A stretch of 64,000 nucleotides of DNA from an uncultured Acidobacteriota bacterium (GCA_913043225.1 CAJWLU010000003.1:41143-105142); one strand, 5' to 3'; shown: positions 9,759 through 19,536, numbered from the stretch's first letter. The notes: a model not told the origin generated them from the sequence alone. Translations and numbers: made by a program.

Positions 9759-10906
9759 GGATCCCGCTGGGCGATCACGCCGGCGTCGAGGAGCGCCCCG
9801 ATCTCGTCCGGCGTGAGTCCCCAATCACCGAGGGTTTCACGCGTGTGATCGCCGGGCGCTGCCGGCGCCCCGCGGACGGCGCTCGGCGTCCGGCTGAAGC
9901 GAGGCGCGGCGTTCGGCTGCCAGTGACCGTCCCGCTGCACGAACGTCTCCCGTGCCTTAAGATGCGGGTGCTCGGGCGCCTCGGCCATGCTGAGCACCGG
10001 CGCGAAGCAGGCGTCGGTGCCTTCCAGTCGCTCCACCCACTCGTCCCGCGTGCGTGTCTTGATCCGGGCGGCCAGTCTTGCCTTGAGTTCCGGCCAGTCG
10101 TCGGACCGCGTCGACCGCGGCAGTTCGTCGGCGCTCACGCCCAGCAGGTCGAGCATCGTGTCGTAGAACCGCGGCTCGATCGGGGCGAGCGCGATGTGCT
10201 TGCCGTCGCTGGTCTCATACACATCGTAGAAATGGGCCCCGCCGTCAAGTGCGTTGTGCCGACGCTGGTCGTCCATCATGCCGGCGGCTCGGAACCCGTA
10301 GAGGCCGGTCATTAGCGACGCTGCGCCGTCGACCATCGCCGCGTCGACCACCTGCCCCTGGCCTGACGTACGGGCTTCCAGGAGCGCCGCGGTCACGCCC
10401 AGCGCCAGATAGAGCGCCCCGCCGCCGAAGTCGCCCACGAGGTTGAGGGGGGGGATCGGGCGGTCCTCGGTACCGATGGCGTGGAGGGCGCCCGTCAGTG
10501 CGATGTAGTTGAGATCGTGACCAGCCGCCGTGGCCAGGGGACCAGCCTGACCCCACCCGGTCACTCGACCGTAGACCAGTCGCTCGTTGACAGCGAGGCA
10601 CTCCTCAGGGCCCAGGCCAAGACGCTCGGTGACACCAGGGCGAAATCCCTCGATCAGCGCATCGGCGTCCCGGCAGAGGCGCAGTACGAGTGCGCGACCG
10701 TCAGGATGTTTGAGATCGACCGCGGCCGACCGCCGGCTGCGATGGAGATAGGCGTGCTGGTTGGGTGTGCCGAGGCCCAGGCCGGACGGACTCAGCCGGT
10801 CCAGACGGAGCACGTCGGCCCCCAGCTCGGCCAGGAGCATGGCGGCCATCGGGCAGGGACCGATACCAGCCAGCTCGATGACCCGGACGCCGTCGAGGGG
10901 GCCCAC
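9743..10906 (-). CDS. CaiB/BaiF family III CoA-transferase, alpha-methylacyl-CoA racemase-like
   Basis: [58 protein letters not shown] and APRFSRTP. Confidence 0.92.
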   Translation of the reverse strand: MGPLDGVRVIELAGIGPCPMAAMLLAELGADVLRLDRLSPSGLGLGTPNQHAYLHRSRRSAAVDLKHPDGRALVLRLCRDADALIEGFRPGVTERLGLGPEECLAVNERLVYGRVTGWGQAGPLATAAGHDLNYIALTGALHAIGTEDRPIPPLNLVGDFGGGALYLALGVTAALLEARTSGQGQVVDAAMVDGAASLMTGLYGFRAAGMMDDQRRHNALDGGAHFYDVYETSDGKHIALAPIEPRFYDTMLDLLGVSADELPRSTRSDDWPELKARLAARIKTRTRDEWVERLEGTDACFAPVLSMAEAPEHPHLKARETFVQRDGHWQPNAAPRFSRTPSAVRGAPAAPGDHTRETLGDWGLTPDEIGALLDAGVIAQRDPQGSA

Positions 10907-10919
10907 GCGGACGTCCCGT

Positions 10920-11357
10920 CTAACGGCGCCTGGAGGGTGCCCGGTATTCCTCGTCGGTGACCGGGTCCATCCAGTTGACGCCGCCTTCGTAGACGGTGAT
11001 CTGGAGCACGTGCTCGTCGTGGGCCGCGCCGTGCCAGTGTTCGATGTCTGGTCCGGTCCACCACGGTTCGCCCGGGAGCATCTCGTAGATCGGCTCGTCC
11101 CGGACCTGCGTCAATGCCCGGCCCTCTTCGACCATCAGCAGCTGGCCCCACTCGTGGGTGTGCCAGTTCGACCGAACCCCGGCGGGGAAGCGGAGTTTGA
11201 TGGCGCCGAGGTTCTCATCGTCACCCCGGGTGGGGGCGCCGCCCATGAAGTTGCTCTGCCACGCGGAGATCGGTTCGCCGAGGGTGAGCACCGTGGTAAC
11301 GGTTGCAACGGCCGCCGCGGCCAGAAGGAATCGAGGACGGGTGCGAAGTAGCTGCAT
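10920..11357 (-). CDS. Exported cupin-domain protein
   Basis: Cupin motifs [11 protein letters not shown] and EHWHGA; hydrophobic N-terminus; TATACT lies 7 nt upstream of the ATG. Confidence 0.85.
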   Translation of the reverse strand: MQLLRTRPRFLLAAAAVATVTTVLTLGEPISAWQSNFMGGAPTRGDDENLGAIKLRFPAGVRSNWHTHEWGQLLMVEEGRALTQVRDEPIYEMLPGEPWWTGPDIEHWHGAAHDEHVLQITVYEGGVNWMDPVTDEEYRAPSRRR

Positions 11358-11516
11358 GGGCGGCAGTATACCGCCTGCACGCGGATGCGCCTGAAGGTCG
11401 GGTTGCTATCCCAGGCCGGCGCCGAACCGACACCCGGCCATCGGCGTTGACGCCTCCGTGTTGAACGGTCCACAATGCCGCTCGCCATTCGCGGTCCCAC
11501 TAGCATCGTAAAATCC

Positions 11517-12527
11517 ATGAGTTCTCGCTTTTGCAGCGGTTGCAGACTTGTTGCCCTCGCGGTCGTACTGGTCGGTCCGTTTCCGAGCCCCACCGCACGC
11601 GCCCAATCTCCTGACCATCGGACAGTAGATTTGACCTACCACATTGAGGTCGCGCCGCCGCTCCATCCCGGCCCGGTTTCGGTCTGGATCCCGCTGCCAG
11701 TCGAGGATGCCCATCAATGGGTGATTTCGACAGAAGTCGAGTCCCCGGTCGACTACACCGTAGGGACCGAGTCCGAGTACGGGAACCGCATGCTGCATCT
11801 GCGGGTCGAGACGCTTACCGAGCCATTGCCCGTGACGCTACGATTTAGGGTCCGGCGTCACGAAGTGCGCGCCGAGTTCGATGGGGCTTCGACCACTCTC
11901 GGGCCTCCGCTGGGGCGTTGGTTGGAACCTGACCGGCTCGTGCCGCTCGACCAGCGGATCAGGACGATTGCGCTCGAGACCACCGATGGCGCTAGGACGC
12001 CGCTCGACCGTGCCCGGCGTGTCTATGACTACGTGGTCGATACGATGACCTACGACAAGAGCGGCACCGGGTGGGGGCGGGGCGACATCTACTGGGCGTG
12101 CGACGCACGTGCCGGTAATTGCACGGATTTCCACGCGCTGTTCATCGGTCTCAATCGGGCAGTCGGGATCCCGGCCACTTTCGAGATCGGGTTTCCACTG
12201 CCACCTGATCGGCGGGATGGTCAGATCGAGGGTTACCACTGTTGGGCGCAGTTCTTCCTCGACGGCGTCGGTTGGGTGCCGGTGGATACCTCAGAAGCCA
12301 ATAAGTTTCCCGAACTCCACGAGTACTTTTTCGGCGCGCATGACGCACACCGTGTTCTGTTCACGAAGGGACGGGACGTCACGCTGGCACCACGGCAGCA
12401 GGGTCCTCCCTTGAACTACTTCATCTATCCTTACGTCGAAGTCGGGGGTCAGCCGTATGATGGAGTGACGCATCGCGTCAGGTTCACCGACGTCCCAGAT
12501 GATGCAGCGAAAGGAGATCCACGATGA
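11517..12527 (+). CDS. Exported transglutaminase-like Cys-His-Asp protein
   Basis: GNCTDFH, YHCWAQF and WVPVD triad motifs; signal-like N-terminus ending TARAQ. Start is 11517 or 11475. Confidence 0.85.
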   Translation: MSSRFCSGCRLVALAVVLVGPFPSPTARAQSPDHRTVDLTYHIEVAPPLHPGPVSVWIPLPVEDAHQWVISTEVESPVDYTVGTESEYGNRMLHLRVETLTEPLPVTLRFRVRRHEVRAEFDGASTTLGPPLGRWLEPDRLVPLDQRIRTIALETTDGARTPLDRARRVYDYVVDTMTYDKSGTGWGRGDIYWACDARAGNCTDFHALFIGLNRAVGIPATFEIGFPLPPDRRDGQIEGYHCWAQFFLDGVGWVPVDTSEANKFPELHEYFFGAHDAHRVLFTKGRDVTLAPRQQGPPLNYFIYPYVEVGGQPYDGVTHRVRFTDVPDDAAKGDPR

Positions 12528-12925
12528 TCCGGAATCTCGATTCCAGCACGGTACTTCTCGCGGCGGTCTCGCTAGCGGTCGTAATCGTCTTGGTGCCGGC
12601 GTCGGTCTTCGCGCAGAACGCCGAAGTAGCCGGCGCCTGGGTCCTGACCGTCGAGACCGACGTGGGCGGTACCACCAATCCGAGCATTACGTTGGAGCAG
12701 AATGGCTCGGCGTTGACGGGCCACTACTCGTCGGACACGCTGGGTGAGGCCGAGGTGACAGGTACCGTCGAGGGCCAGGAGGTGAGCTTTTCGTTCGATG
12801 CCGAAGCGGGCGGCTATGCTCTCGAGGTGAGCTACACCGGGACCCTGCAGGACGACGGGACGTTGTCCGGTGCGATGGATCTGGGCGGGCTCGCCAGCGG
12901 AACCTTCGTCGGGAAGCGGCAGTAG
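12524..12925 (+). CDS. Small secreted beta-rich hypothetical protein
   Basis: AAGGAG RBS, ATGA overlap with the upstream gene, signal peptide ending VFAQ, alternating beta-strand pattern. Confidence 0.75.
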   Translation: MIRNLDSSTVLLAAVSLAVVIVLVPASVFAQNAEVAGAWVLTVETDVGGTTNPSITLEQNGSALTGHYSSDTLGEAEVTGTVEGQEVSFSFDAEAGGYALEVSYTGTLQDDGTLSGAMDLGGLASGTFVGKRQ

Positions 12926-13438
12926 CTAGCGGCCGAGCTTGTCGTCCGGCGGTACGCTGGCCGGCGGCTGCACGCCGTTGAGCCTCGCATACACCAGCAT
13001 CTGCCCATAGTGGTTGAAGCTGTTGAAGCTGTGGTACGCGATTCCGGCGGCCACGGCTGACCGCGGCATAGCCCCGAACGCCGTCGGCACTGGGTCAGAC
13101 GCGTTGCCCGCGTTCAGATCCGCCACGGCTCGGCGCGCGTAGGCCAGCGCCTCTCTCAAGTAGGACACGCTCGCCTCTTTCGTCTCGAGGCCGTCTGGGC
13201 CGTTGTTGTGGGTGCCTGGTCCGTGCGGCGACCTTTCCTCCCTGACTAGCGCGGCGGTCATATAGATCATGGTGGCCGTGTGCCTGACCTGTTCCCCGAA
13301 AGTACGTGCGTTGCGAAAGTGCTCTCCGGTAGGAACGAAGCCGTAGCGGTTCGCTGGCATCGCTTCGGCCAGGGCAAGTACCTCGCGCTCCACTAGAGTG
13401 AGCTGATCGTCGAACATCGTGGTCACGATGCAGAGCAT
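12926..13438 (-). CDS. DinB-family protein with a 3-residue duplication in the His motif
   Basis: LAEAMPA..YGFVPT, RTFGEQVRH and H...HYGQMLVYARLNGVQPPAS; tandem GTTGAAGCT at 13013-13030. Confidence 0.8.
   Translation of the reverse strand: MLCIVTTMFDDQLTLVEREVLALAEAMPANRYGFVPTGEHFRNARTFGEQVRHTATMIYMTAALVREERSPHGPGTHNNGPDGLETKEASVSYLREALAYARRAVADLNAGNASDPVPTAFGAMPRSAVAAGIAYHSFNSFNHYGQMLVYARLNGVQPPASVPPDDKLGR
13013..13030. repeat. Perfect 9-bp tandem duplication (GTTGAAGCT x2)
   Basis: Read directly from the sequence; it encodes SFN-SFN on the minus strand. Confidence 0.9.
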
Positions 13439-13498
13439 GCCATGAATGGCGTTGCCGTTTCCGGAACGAGTCTGGTCCTGCTGTTGGCTCGGTATGGC

Positions 13499-13924
13499 TC
13501 AGGGACCGAGGAGCGGTTCGTAGCTCAGTGGGTCGAGCGGGGTAGCCCCGGCGGGCACCGAGTTTAGGCGGAGCAGGTAGGCCAGGACGTTCGTGTAGCT
13601 TTCACCGCGGGGACGCACTCCGGCGGGAGGCATGCCGTCGCGCATCCTGACAAACAGATCACGAATACGGCGTTCGCCCCAGCGGTCTTCGAACCCTGGT
13701 CCGGATAACGCAGGTGCCCGACGAGGGAAGCCGTCGCTTGCCTCGTGACACTCCGCGCATCTACGGTCGTACTCGAGACGGCCGGCGTCTGCCTGGGCGG
13801 CGGTGTAGGTAGACTGTGCGCCGATGGTGGCGGGGAGCGCGTTCCAGACCACCACTGTCAGACAGCATTTCACCATCAGCTTCAGCCCAAAACTTAGTTC
13901 GGGCGCTGTGGACTCTGGTGGCAT
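13499..13924 (-). CDS. Small monoheme cytochrome c
   Basis: CAECH heme motif, downstream GMPP axial Met, AQSTYTAAQADAG after a hydrophobic signal. Start uncertain (13978, 13924 or 13876). Confidence 0.75.
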   Translation of the reverse strand: MPPESTAPELSFGLKLMVKCCLTVVVWNALPATIGAQSTYTAAQADAGRLEYDRRCAECHEASDGFPRRAPALSGPGFEDRWGERRIRDLFVRMRDGMPPAGVRPRGESYTNVLAYLLRLNSVPAGATPLDPLSYEPLLGP

Positions 13925-13962
13925 GCTCGGACGCCGCCGCGGCGCTTCGCAGATAGCGAGGA

Positions 13963-14718
13963 TCACTGGTAGCGCCACGCGAGCAGGCGGCGTTCCAATC
14001 TGCTGGCCAGCGAGAATAGCGCGAGTACGCAGCCCATGATCACGATGATCAGGGCGATGGTGAGGCTGGTGTTGTAGGTGCTCTGGGCGAACTGTAGGAG
14101 ATAGCCGAGGCCACGGCTCGAGGCGACGAACTCGCCGACTACTGCGCCGGTGAAGGCGAAGCCCACGGCCACCTTGAAGTTGCCGAGCACCCAGGCGGTG
14201 ACCGATGGGACGTAGACCTCGCGCACGAGCACCGACTGGCCGCCGCCGAGGGTGCGCACCCGTTCCACCAGGCGTTGGTCGACCTCTCGTACGCCGTTGT
14301 ATACGGCGAAGAAGATCAAGACCGCGACCAGGACCGTGGCCAGTGCCAGCTTCGATGCCAGCCCGATGCCGAGCCAGATCACGAAGAGCGGGGCGAGGAT
14401 GACCCGCGGGATGGCGTTCAACAGGATCATCACCGGCTCTAGTAGCTCGGCGACGAATGGGAAGAGCGCGGCGGCGAAGCCGAGGGCGATTCCCAGGAGC
14501 AACCCGATCAGCAGGCCGGCGAAGGCGGCCAACGCGGTCGCGCCCAGGTGGGGCCAGATCTCACCCGTGGCAACCAGCTCGGCTAGCACCGCGGCCACCG
14601 TGGTCGGAGCGGGCAGATAGAACGGGTCGACCATGCCAGTGCGAGTTAGGGTCTCCCACACCACGAGCAGCGTCAGGCCGGCCAGCGCGCGTCTGGCTCC
14701 CTTCGGGAGGCGCGTCAT
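13963..14718 (-). CDS. ABC transporter permease, NitT/TauT/SsuC type
   Basis: ATG 14718 overlaps the ATPase stop (ATGA). LPAPTTV, NAIPRVILAPLFVIWLGIG and GAVVGEFVASSRGLG. Confidence 0.9.
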   Translation of the reverse strand: MTRLPKGARRALAGLTLLVVWETLTRTGMVDPFYLPAPTTVAAVLAELVATGEIWPHLGATALAAFAGLLIGLLLGIALGFAAALFPFVAELLEPVMILLNAIPRVILAPLFVIWLGIGLASKLALATVLVAVLIFFAVYNGVREVDQRLVERVRTLGGGQSVLVREVYVPSVTAWVLGNFKVAVGFAFTGAVVGEFVASSRGLGYLLQFAQSTYNTSLTIALIIVIMGCVLALFSLASRLERRLLAWRYQ

Positions 14719-15482
14719 GATTCCTTCTGCTCGCTGTCGGGGGCGCCGGTGAGCGCTTGCCACAGCCCGTTGACTGCCGCTGGAAACTCCGGATGCTGAC
14801 GGACCTGCAGTAGGTCGCGAGGGCGCGGCAGTGCGAGCTTCAGCGCCGCGACCACGTCGGCGCGGGGGCCTTGGCCTAGGACGTAGACTTCGTCTGAGAC
14901 ACTCACGGCCTCTTCCAGGTCGTGGGTGACCAGCATTACGGTCAGCCCGTCCTTCTCGACCCAGGTCACCAGTTCCTGCGTTAGACGTGTCCGGACGATG
15001 GCGTCCAGCGACGCGAACGGCTCGTCCATCAGTAACAGCCGGGGCTCCAGCACCAGCACCTGTGCCAGCGCGGCGCGTTTGCGCTGGCCGCCGGACAGCT
15101 GGGCCGGGTAGCGACTGCCGAGTCCGGTCAGACCGACCCGCTCCAGCCACGACGTGACCCGCCGGTCGATGTCATCGGGCGGCAGGTTGCGGATGCGTAG
15201 CCCTAGTCCGACGTTCTGGGCGACGGTCCGCCACGGCAGCAGTGCATCGTCTTGAAAGAGGAAACCGACCTCGGTCGGGGCGGCGTCGCAGTCAATCGTG
15301 CCGCCCAGCGGCTCGAGGAGCGAGGTCACCGCACGCAGTACGCTGGTCTTGCCAGAGCCGGATGGTCCGACCAAGCTGACGAAGCGGCCGGTGCCCACCT
15401 CGAGGCTCACCCCGTCGAGCACCGGCTCTTCGCCGTAGCCGACCGACAGGTCCCGGATGCGCAACATATCGTCGTGGGGCAC
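14715..15482 (-). CDS. ABC transporter ATP-binding protein, NitT/TauT type
   Basis: Walker A GPSGSGKT, signature LSGGQ, Walker B LLLMDEPF, and VTHD. Confidence 0.95.
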   Translation of the reverse strand: MPHDDMLRIRDLSVGYGEEPVLDGVSLEVGTGRFVSLVGPSGSGKTSVLRAVTSLLEPLGGTIDCDAAPTEVGFLFQDDALLPWRTVAQNVGLGLRIRNLPPDDIDRRVTSWLERVGLTGLGSRYPAQLSGGQRKRAALAQVLVLEPRLLLMDEPFASLDAIVRTRLTQELVTWVEKDGLTVMLVTHDLEEAVSVSDEVYVLGQGPRADVVAALKLALPRPRDLLQVRQHPEFPAAVNGLWQALTGAPDSEQKES

Positions 15483-16565
15483 CTAACCGGACAGTGCGCC
15501 TGGATCGAGCAGCGAGTCGAGTTCGACATCGCCTGGAGTGAGGAGGCCGGCCACTTCCTGCGCGCGTTGCACGCGCGCCGCCGCCTCTCGGTCGATCGCC
15601 ACCGACTCCGGATACAGCGACGTGCGATAGCGTTCGACGATCTCGCCGAGGTGGTCGAGATCGCCGCCGGCCACCAATGCACTTGGCAACGCGGAGAGTA
15701 CGTCGGCGACCGGAAGCTGGCGGGTGTCCCGAAGACCCGCCGCGAGCGCCGCGGCCAGCCGCCGGATCTCGTCCAGCCGCTGATCCCGTTCATCCGCACG
15801 CACCGAGACACCCATGAACTCGTAGGCGCCGCCGACGTGACGTTCGGCTTCGGTCAGGTCCATGAAGTTGACCAGTTCGCGTCCTCCGGCCTCGATCACC
15901 AGCGAGAGCGCCGGCTCCTGCAGCATCCCGGCGTCGACCTGCCCCAGTCGGAGGGCGTCGAACAGGTTGGTGCCGATGGCGGCGATGTCTACCGCGCTTG
16001 GGTTCACCCCGTTACGGTCAAGGAGATAGAGCAGGAGGGCATGGTCGGCGTTGCCGAGGCCGGAGACCCCGACAGTGCGACCCGCGAGGTCGCTGACCGC
16101 GGTGATGGCCGTCGCCCGATCGGGGGCTACACCGAGCGCGAACAGTGGCAGCCGGCCGGTTGAGGCCACCCGCCTGATCGCGGCGCCGTTGGCCGCTGCC
16201 TGGAGGACGACATCGAACGAGGTGCCCGCATAGTCGACCGAACCTCCGACGAGTGCCTGCATCGCGGCGCTACCGCCGCGGGTGTAGACGAGCTCAGCAG
16301 CCAGTCCCCGGTCGGTGAAGTGACCACGGACCCGGGTGACCTCGTAGGGAATGACGCACAGGAGCTGGCCGCAAAAGGCCAGTCGGACTGAGGTCGAGCC
16401 GTCGGACGGCGGGTCTGCACACCCGCTCACGGCGATGACACCGGCGGCGCCCAGCAGTCCTTTGAGGGCGGTACGGCGGTCCCAGGCCACGCCCACGTCC
16501 GGCCAGCGCCGGTCCGCAGCCACCGCGCCCCGAAGAACGGGGTTCGTGGCTTCGCAGCAGCCCAT
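15483..16565 (-). CDS. ABC substrate-binding protein, NMT1/SsuA-like, Tat lipoprotein
   Basis: DRRTALKG twin-arginine motif, lipobox VSGC, GGSAAMQALVGGSVD, DLAGRTVGV and GQVDAGMLQEP; first gene of the ABC trio. Confidence 0.85.
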   Translation of the reverse strand: MGCCEATNPVLRGAVAADRRWPDVGVAWDRRTALKGLLGAAGVIAVSGCADPPSDGSTSVRLAFCGQLLCVIPYEVTRVRGHFTDRGLAAELVYTRGGSAAMQALVGGSVDYAGTSFDVVLQAAANGAAIRRVASTGRLPLFALGVAPDRATAITAVSDLAGRTVGVSGLGNADHALLLYLLDRNGVNPSAVDIAAIGTNLFDALRLGQVDAGMLQEPALSLVIEAGGRELVNFMDLTEAERHVGGAYEFMGVSVRADERDQRLDEIRRLAAALAAGLRDTRQLPVADVLSALPSALVAGGDLDHLGEIVERYRTSLYPESVAIDREAAARVQRAQEVAGLLTPGDVELDSLLDPGALSG

Positions 16566-16613
16566 GTCGTGGGTGGTCGGACGGGCCCAGGAATTGGGTC
16601 CGGCGAGCCTGTG

Positions 16614-17156
16614 CTAGCGGTTCACGTAGGCGTTTGCGAACTCCTTGAGGCGTTCGCTCCGCAGGCCAATCGTCTCGGCTTCGGTCATCGCGCGGTCCTG
16701 CGCCCAGCCGTCCTGCTGCACCCGCTTGATGAACCACATCGCACCGACGCGGTTGGCCGACGCGCAGTGGATGTAGGCCGGCTGGTTTGCCGGGTCGGCG
16801 ATCGCGTTCAGGAACTGCTCGGTCGTTTCGTCGCTTGGTGCGCGGAACGGGATGTGTATGTAGGTCAGGCCGGCCGCCGCGGCGGCGGCGCGGCTGCCGT
16901 CGATGTTGGCGCCTTCCTCCTCGGCCGTCCGGAAGTTGATCACCGAGGCGAAGCCCATTTCCTTCAGTGCGGGCATTGCCGCGGACGGGGTCGCCCCCGC
17001 GCAGGCCACGGTGGCGTCGATGCGTGTGTAGTTGCGGACGCCTTCAGGGGCTTCGTCCTGCGCGTTGACGGCCCAGCCGGCCGCGACGATCAACACAAGA
17101 ACACTGCTTGCCAACAGTGGGAGGCAAGCGGTCGTCAGGGGGCGTCGCATGGGCAT
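16614..17156 (-). CDS. Exported DUF442/Blh-like protein-tyrosine-phosphatase-fold protein (phosphatase or sulfurtransferase)
   Basis: ATG 17156 after GAGGAG; signal ending VNAQ; GFASVINFR and CX5R loop HCASANR. Confidence 0.85.
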   Translation of the reverse strand: MPMRRPLTTACLPLLASSVLVLIVAAGWAVNAQDEAPEGVRNYTRIDATVACAGATPSAAMPALKEMGFASVINFRTAEEEGANIDGSRAAAAAAGLTYIHIPFRAPSDETTEQFLNAIADPANQPAYIHCASANRVGAMWFIKRVQQDGWAQDRAMTEAETIGLRSERLKEFANAYVNR

Positions 17157-17358
17157 TTCTCCTCGGTCTAGCCGCTGGCTCGGTCGCCCGCGGGAAGCAA
17201 CTGATCGTGCCACGATACCACGCCTGATTTCCCCTCCCGAGAGGTGTGCGAGGCCCCCCGAGCTGGCCGGTTTGGTCGCCGGCATGCGGTGGCGCGGTAG
17301 ACCGGGCAGTTCGACGTTGCCCGCGAGCAGGTCCGGATAGTCGCGTTGTCAGCTCTTG

Positions 17359-19506
17359 CTATTCAGCCAGCGGGTGCGGGCGGATCTGGAACTTCACCAG
17401 GTTGCCCGGCTCGGCCGGTCCTCCTTCGACGTGCCACGCGGCGTCGGCACCATAGGTGGCGTAGAGGCCGCGGCCCTTCCAGCCGCCGTCCGGGTCGTCT
17501 ATGCGGCCGTCGACGCCGCGGCTGTGGAAGCCCATCGGGTACGGCACCCGCATTACCACCCACTCACCGCTCTCGGGGAGCAGTGCGAGCAGCGAGTCAG
17601 AGCTTGAGCCGTTGGCGATCGGGATGTTGTCTCCGAGCCCCAGCGTGTTGAACTGGTCCACCCAGTTGTAATAGTGGAAGTCGGTGCCGATGTCGGTGCC
17701 CCGGAAGTTGGGCCCAGGCGCTTTGTAGAAGGTCCAGCCCTCGTCGCACTGTCGACCGTTGCGCATCTCCGGTCCGCCGAATACGGTGCACTTCGATCGG
17801 TCGAAACTGGCGAAGTGGCTGCTGCCGGCCAGTGCCGCCCAGAGCACGCCGTTGCGGTCAACGTCGAGCCCGCGTGTCCGGTAACCCTGCTCCGCCGGTA
17901 CGCTATAGAACTCGGTGAGGCAGGTTTCCGGCGGGTCGTCGCCCTTCTCCATTCGGACCAGCTTGCCCGGGTAGTCATCCGACACGGCCCACACCGCATC
18001 GTCGAGCGGGTTGGTGATGACCGCGTAGGCCCCCACCAGGATACGGGTGTCGAGCGCGGGGTCGAAGGTGGCTTCCTGGTCGCGCCGGGCCGGTTCGTTC
18101 CACGGCCGAGTGATCTTGCCATCGCCGTTGGTGTCGATGACGGTCGGGCACCAGCCCTGGGAGGCTCGCTCGTCGCCGGTCTCGTCATACATCTTCACGT
18201 CGAGCCAGCCGATAACGTTCCGGTCGCCGCTGAAGTAGAGCGTGTCGTTGGCGTCCTCGGCGAACTGTAGGTGGTGGGTGCTGAAGCAGGTGTGAATCAG
18301 CACGAACTTCTGCTTCTCGGGGTCGAAGTAGCCGGTGTGTCGTCCTGCCCGAGTCATAGGGAAGTTCTGGGCGTAGGGGTTGTCCGACCCCTCCCGGCAC
18401 CAGTTGGGGTTGTCGACCTCCTGCACGCGTGTGGTCAGCCAGACCCGTCCGTGCTGGTCGAGCATCGGGTTATGCGGGTTGGCCGGGTCTACCCAGATCG
18501 CTTCGGAGCCGAAGTCACGCCAGGGCTCGAACCCCTCCGTCTGGAACATCGACGGTATGGTGTCGCGGGGAACACGCAGCGGGATCTGGAGCATGGTCGA
18601 TTGATGCACGTTGGGATCGGTGATGAGCAGGAAGTCGTTGCCGATGTCCACGCCGTAGATCGGACCGTTGGCGTTGACCGTCGGGTTCCGCTTGTCGGTG
18701 GCGATCTCGTCGTGCACGAAGGCGACGTTATTGCCCCAGTTCCACTGGGTGAGCACGACGTTACGCTCGATGCCTTGGGGACGCGGCGGCACCGGAGGCG
18801 CCTCCCCAGCCGCGATCCGGCTGCTCCAGTCCGAGAGCATTGCCAGCCCGCGCTCACGGCCCCACTGTGTGATGAAGCTGGTCATCAGCGACCCGCGCTG
18901 GCCTCGCCGGGTGCGGTGGTCCCAGGCCGCCGCTGTTGAGTCGAACTGATCGAGGTCTGGCACCACTCGGGTCCGTTCGTTGCCGACCTGGTGGCAGCGC
19001 TGGCAGCCCTTGAGCACGTTGATCCACTCGCTCTGGCTTCCGAGGCGTTCGTTGATGCCGTTGCCGTCGACGCCGGTTCCTGGGAACTCGTGTGCCTCGG
19101 GTAGGTTAATGAGCGACAGCCAGTAGGTCGACGGGTAGACCTGCGCCGCTTCCTGCGGGGTCGCGGCCACGGTGGCCGTCAGCTCCAGTTCTGCGCCCGG
19201 CCGCGCTTCGGTATGTCCCGAGTCGACCAGGCCATAGCCTCGGACCCAGACCTCGAAGATGACGTCGGGTAGCTCCGGCAGCAGGAAGCGGCCGTCGTCG
19301 TCGGTGACCACGATCTTCCGGTAGACGGTCTCGAGCTCGTCGGTTTCGGCGATTACCCAGACGCCGGCCTCCGGGCCCACGCTGCTGGTTACCTGTCCCC
19401 GGATCACTCCGGTGTTTTCCTGGGCGTCTACTGCGACCCAGGACCAGGTCCCGAGTCCGACCGCTACCAGCCCAATCGCTGCGACGGATCCCACGATCTT
19501 ATCCAT
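17359..19506 (-). CDS. Exported monoheme cytochrome c with an N-terminal carboxypeptidase-regulatory-like domain and a probable beta-propeller
   Basis: AGGAG RBS; signal peptide; GQVTSSVGPEAGVWVIAET..VTDDDGRFLLPELP; CQRCH; repeats MLDQHGRVW, RGLDVDRNGVLW; CFSTHHLQF. Confidence 0.8.
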   Translation of the reverse strand: MDKIVGSVAAIGLVAVGLGTWSWVAVDAQENTGVIRGQVTSSVGPEAGVWVIAETDELETVYRKIVVTDDDGRFLLPELPDVIFEVWVRGYGLVDSGHTEARPGAELELTATVAATPQEAAQVYPSTYWLSLINLPEAHEFPGTGVDGNGINERLGSQSEWINVLKGCQRCHQVGNERTRVVPDLDQFDSTAAAWDHRTRRGQRGSLMTSFITQWGRERGLAMLSDWSSRIAAGEAPPVPPRPQGIERNVVLTQWNWGNNVAFVHDEIATDKRNPTVNANGPIYGVDIGNDFLLITDPNVHQSTMLQIPLRVPRDTIPSMFQTEGFEPWRDFGSEAIWVDPANPHNPMLDQHGRVWLTTRVQEVDNPNWCREGSDNPYAQNFPMTRAGRHTGYFDPEKQKFVLIHTCFSTHHLQFAEDANDTLYFSGDRNVIGWLDVKMYDETGDERASQGWCPTVIDTNGDGKITRPWNEPARRDQEATFDPALDTRILVGAYAVITNPLDDAVWAVSDDYPGKLVRMEKGDDPPETCLTEFYSVPAEQGYRTRGLDVDRNGVLWAALAGSSHFASFDRSKCTVFGGPEMRNGRQCDEGWTFYKAPGPNFRGTDIGTDFHYYNWVDQFNTLGLGDNIPIANGSSSDSLLALLPESGEWVVMRVPYPMGFHSRGVDGRIDDPDGGWKGRGLYATYGADAAWHVEGGPAEPGNLVKFQIRPHPLAE

Positions 19507-19536
19507 CGTCGTCTCCTGTCTCCTGAGTTCTTCGTG

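Noticed and set aside
13438-13501. The cytochrome c TGA is in frame with the downstream DinB ORF, suggesting selenocysteine or readthrough
   Set aside because: In-frame adjacency has a 1-in-3 chance, the TGA is not at a Cys-equivalent position, no SECIS-like hairpin is evident, and an exported cytochrome-DinB fusion is implausible.
17157-17358. Structured 200-bp spacer upstream of the DUF442/ABC genes as a riboswitch
   Set aside because: No TPP, cobalamin, SAM or FMN consensus was recognised. It contains only a short hairpin and an extended -10-like TGGTATCGT on the minus strand.
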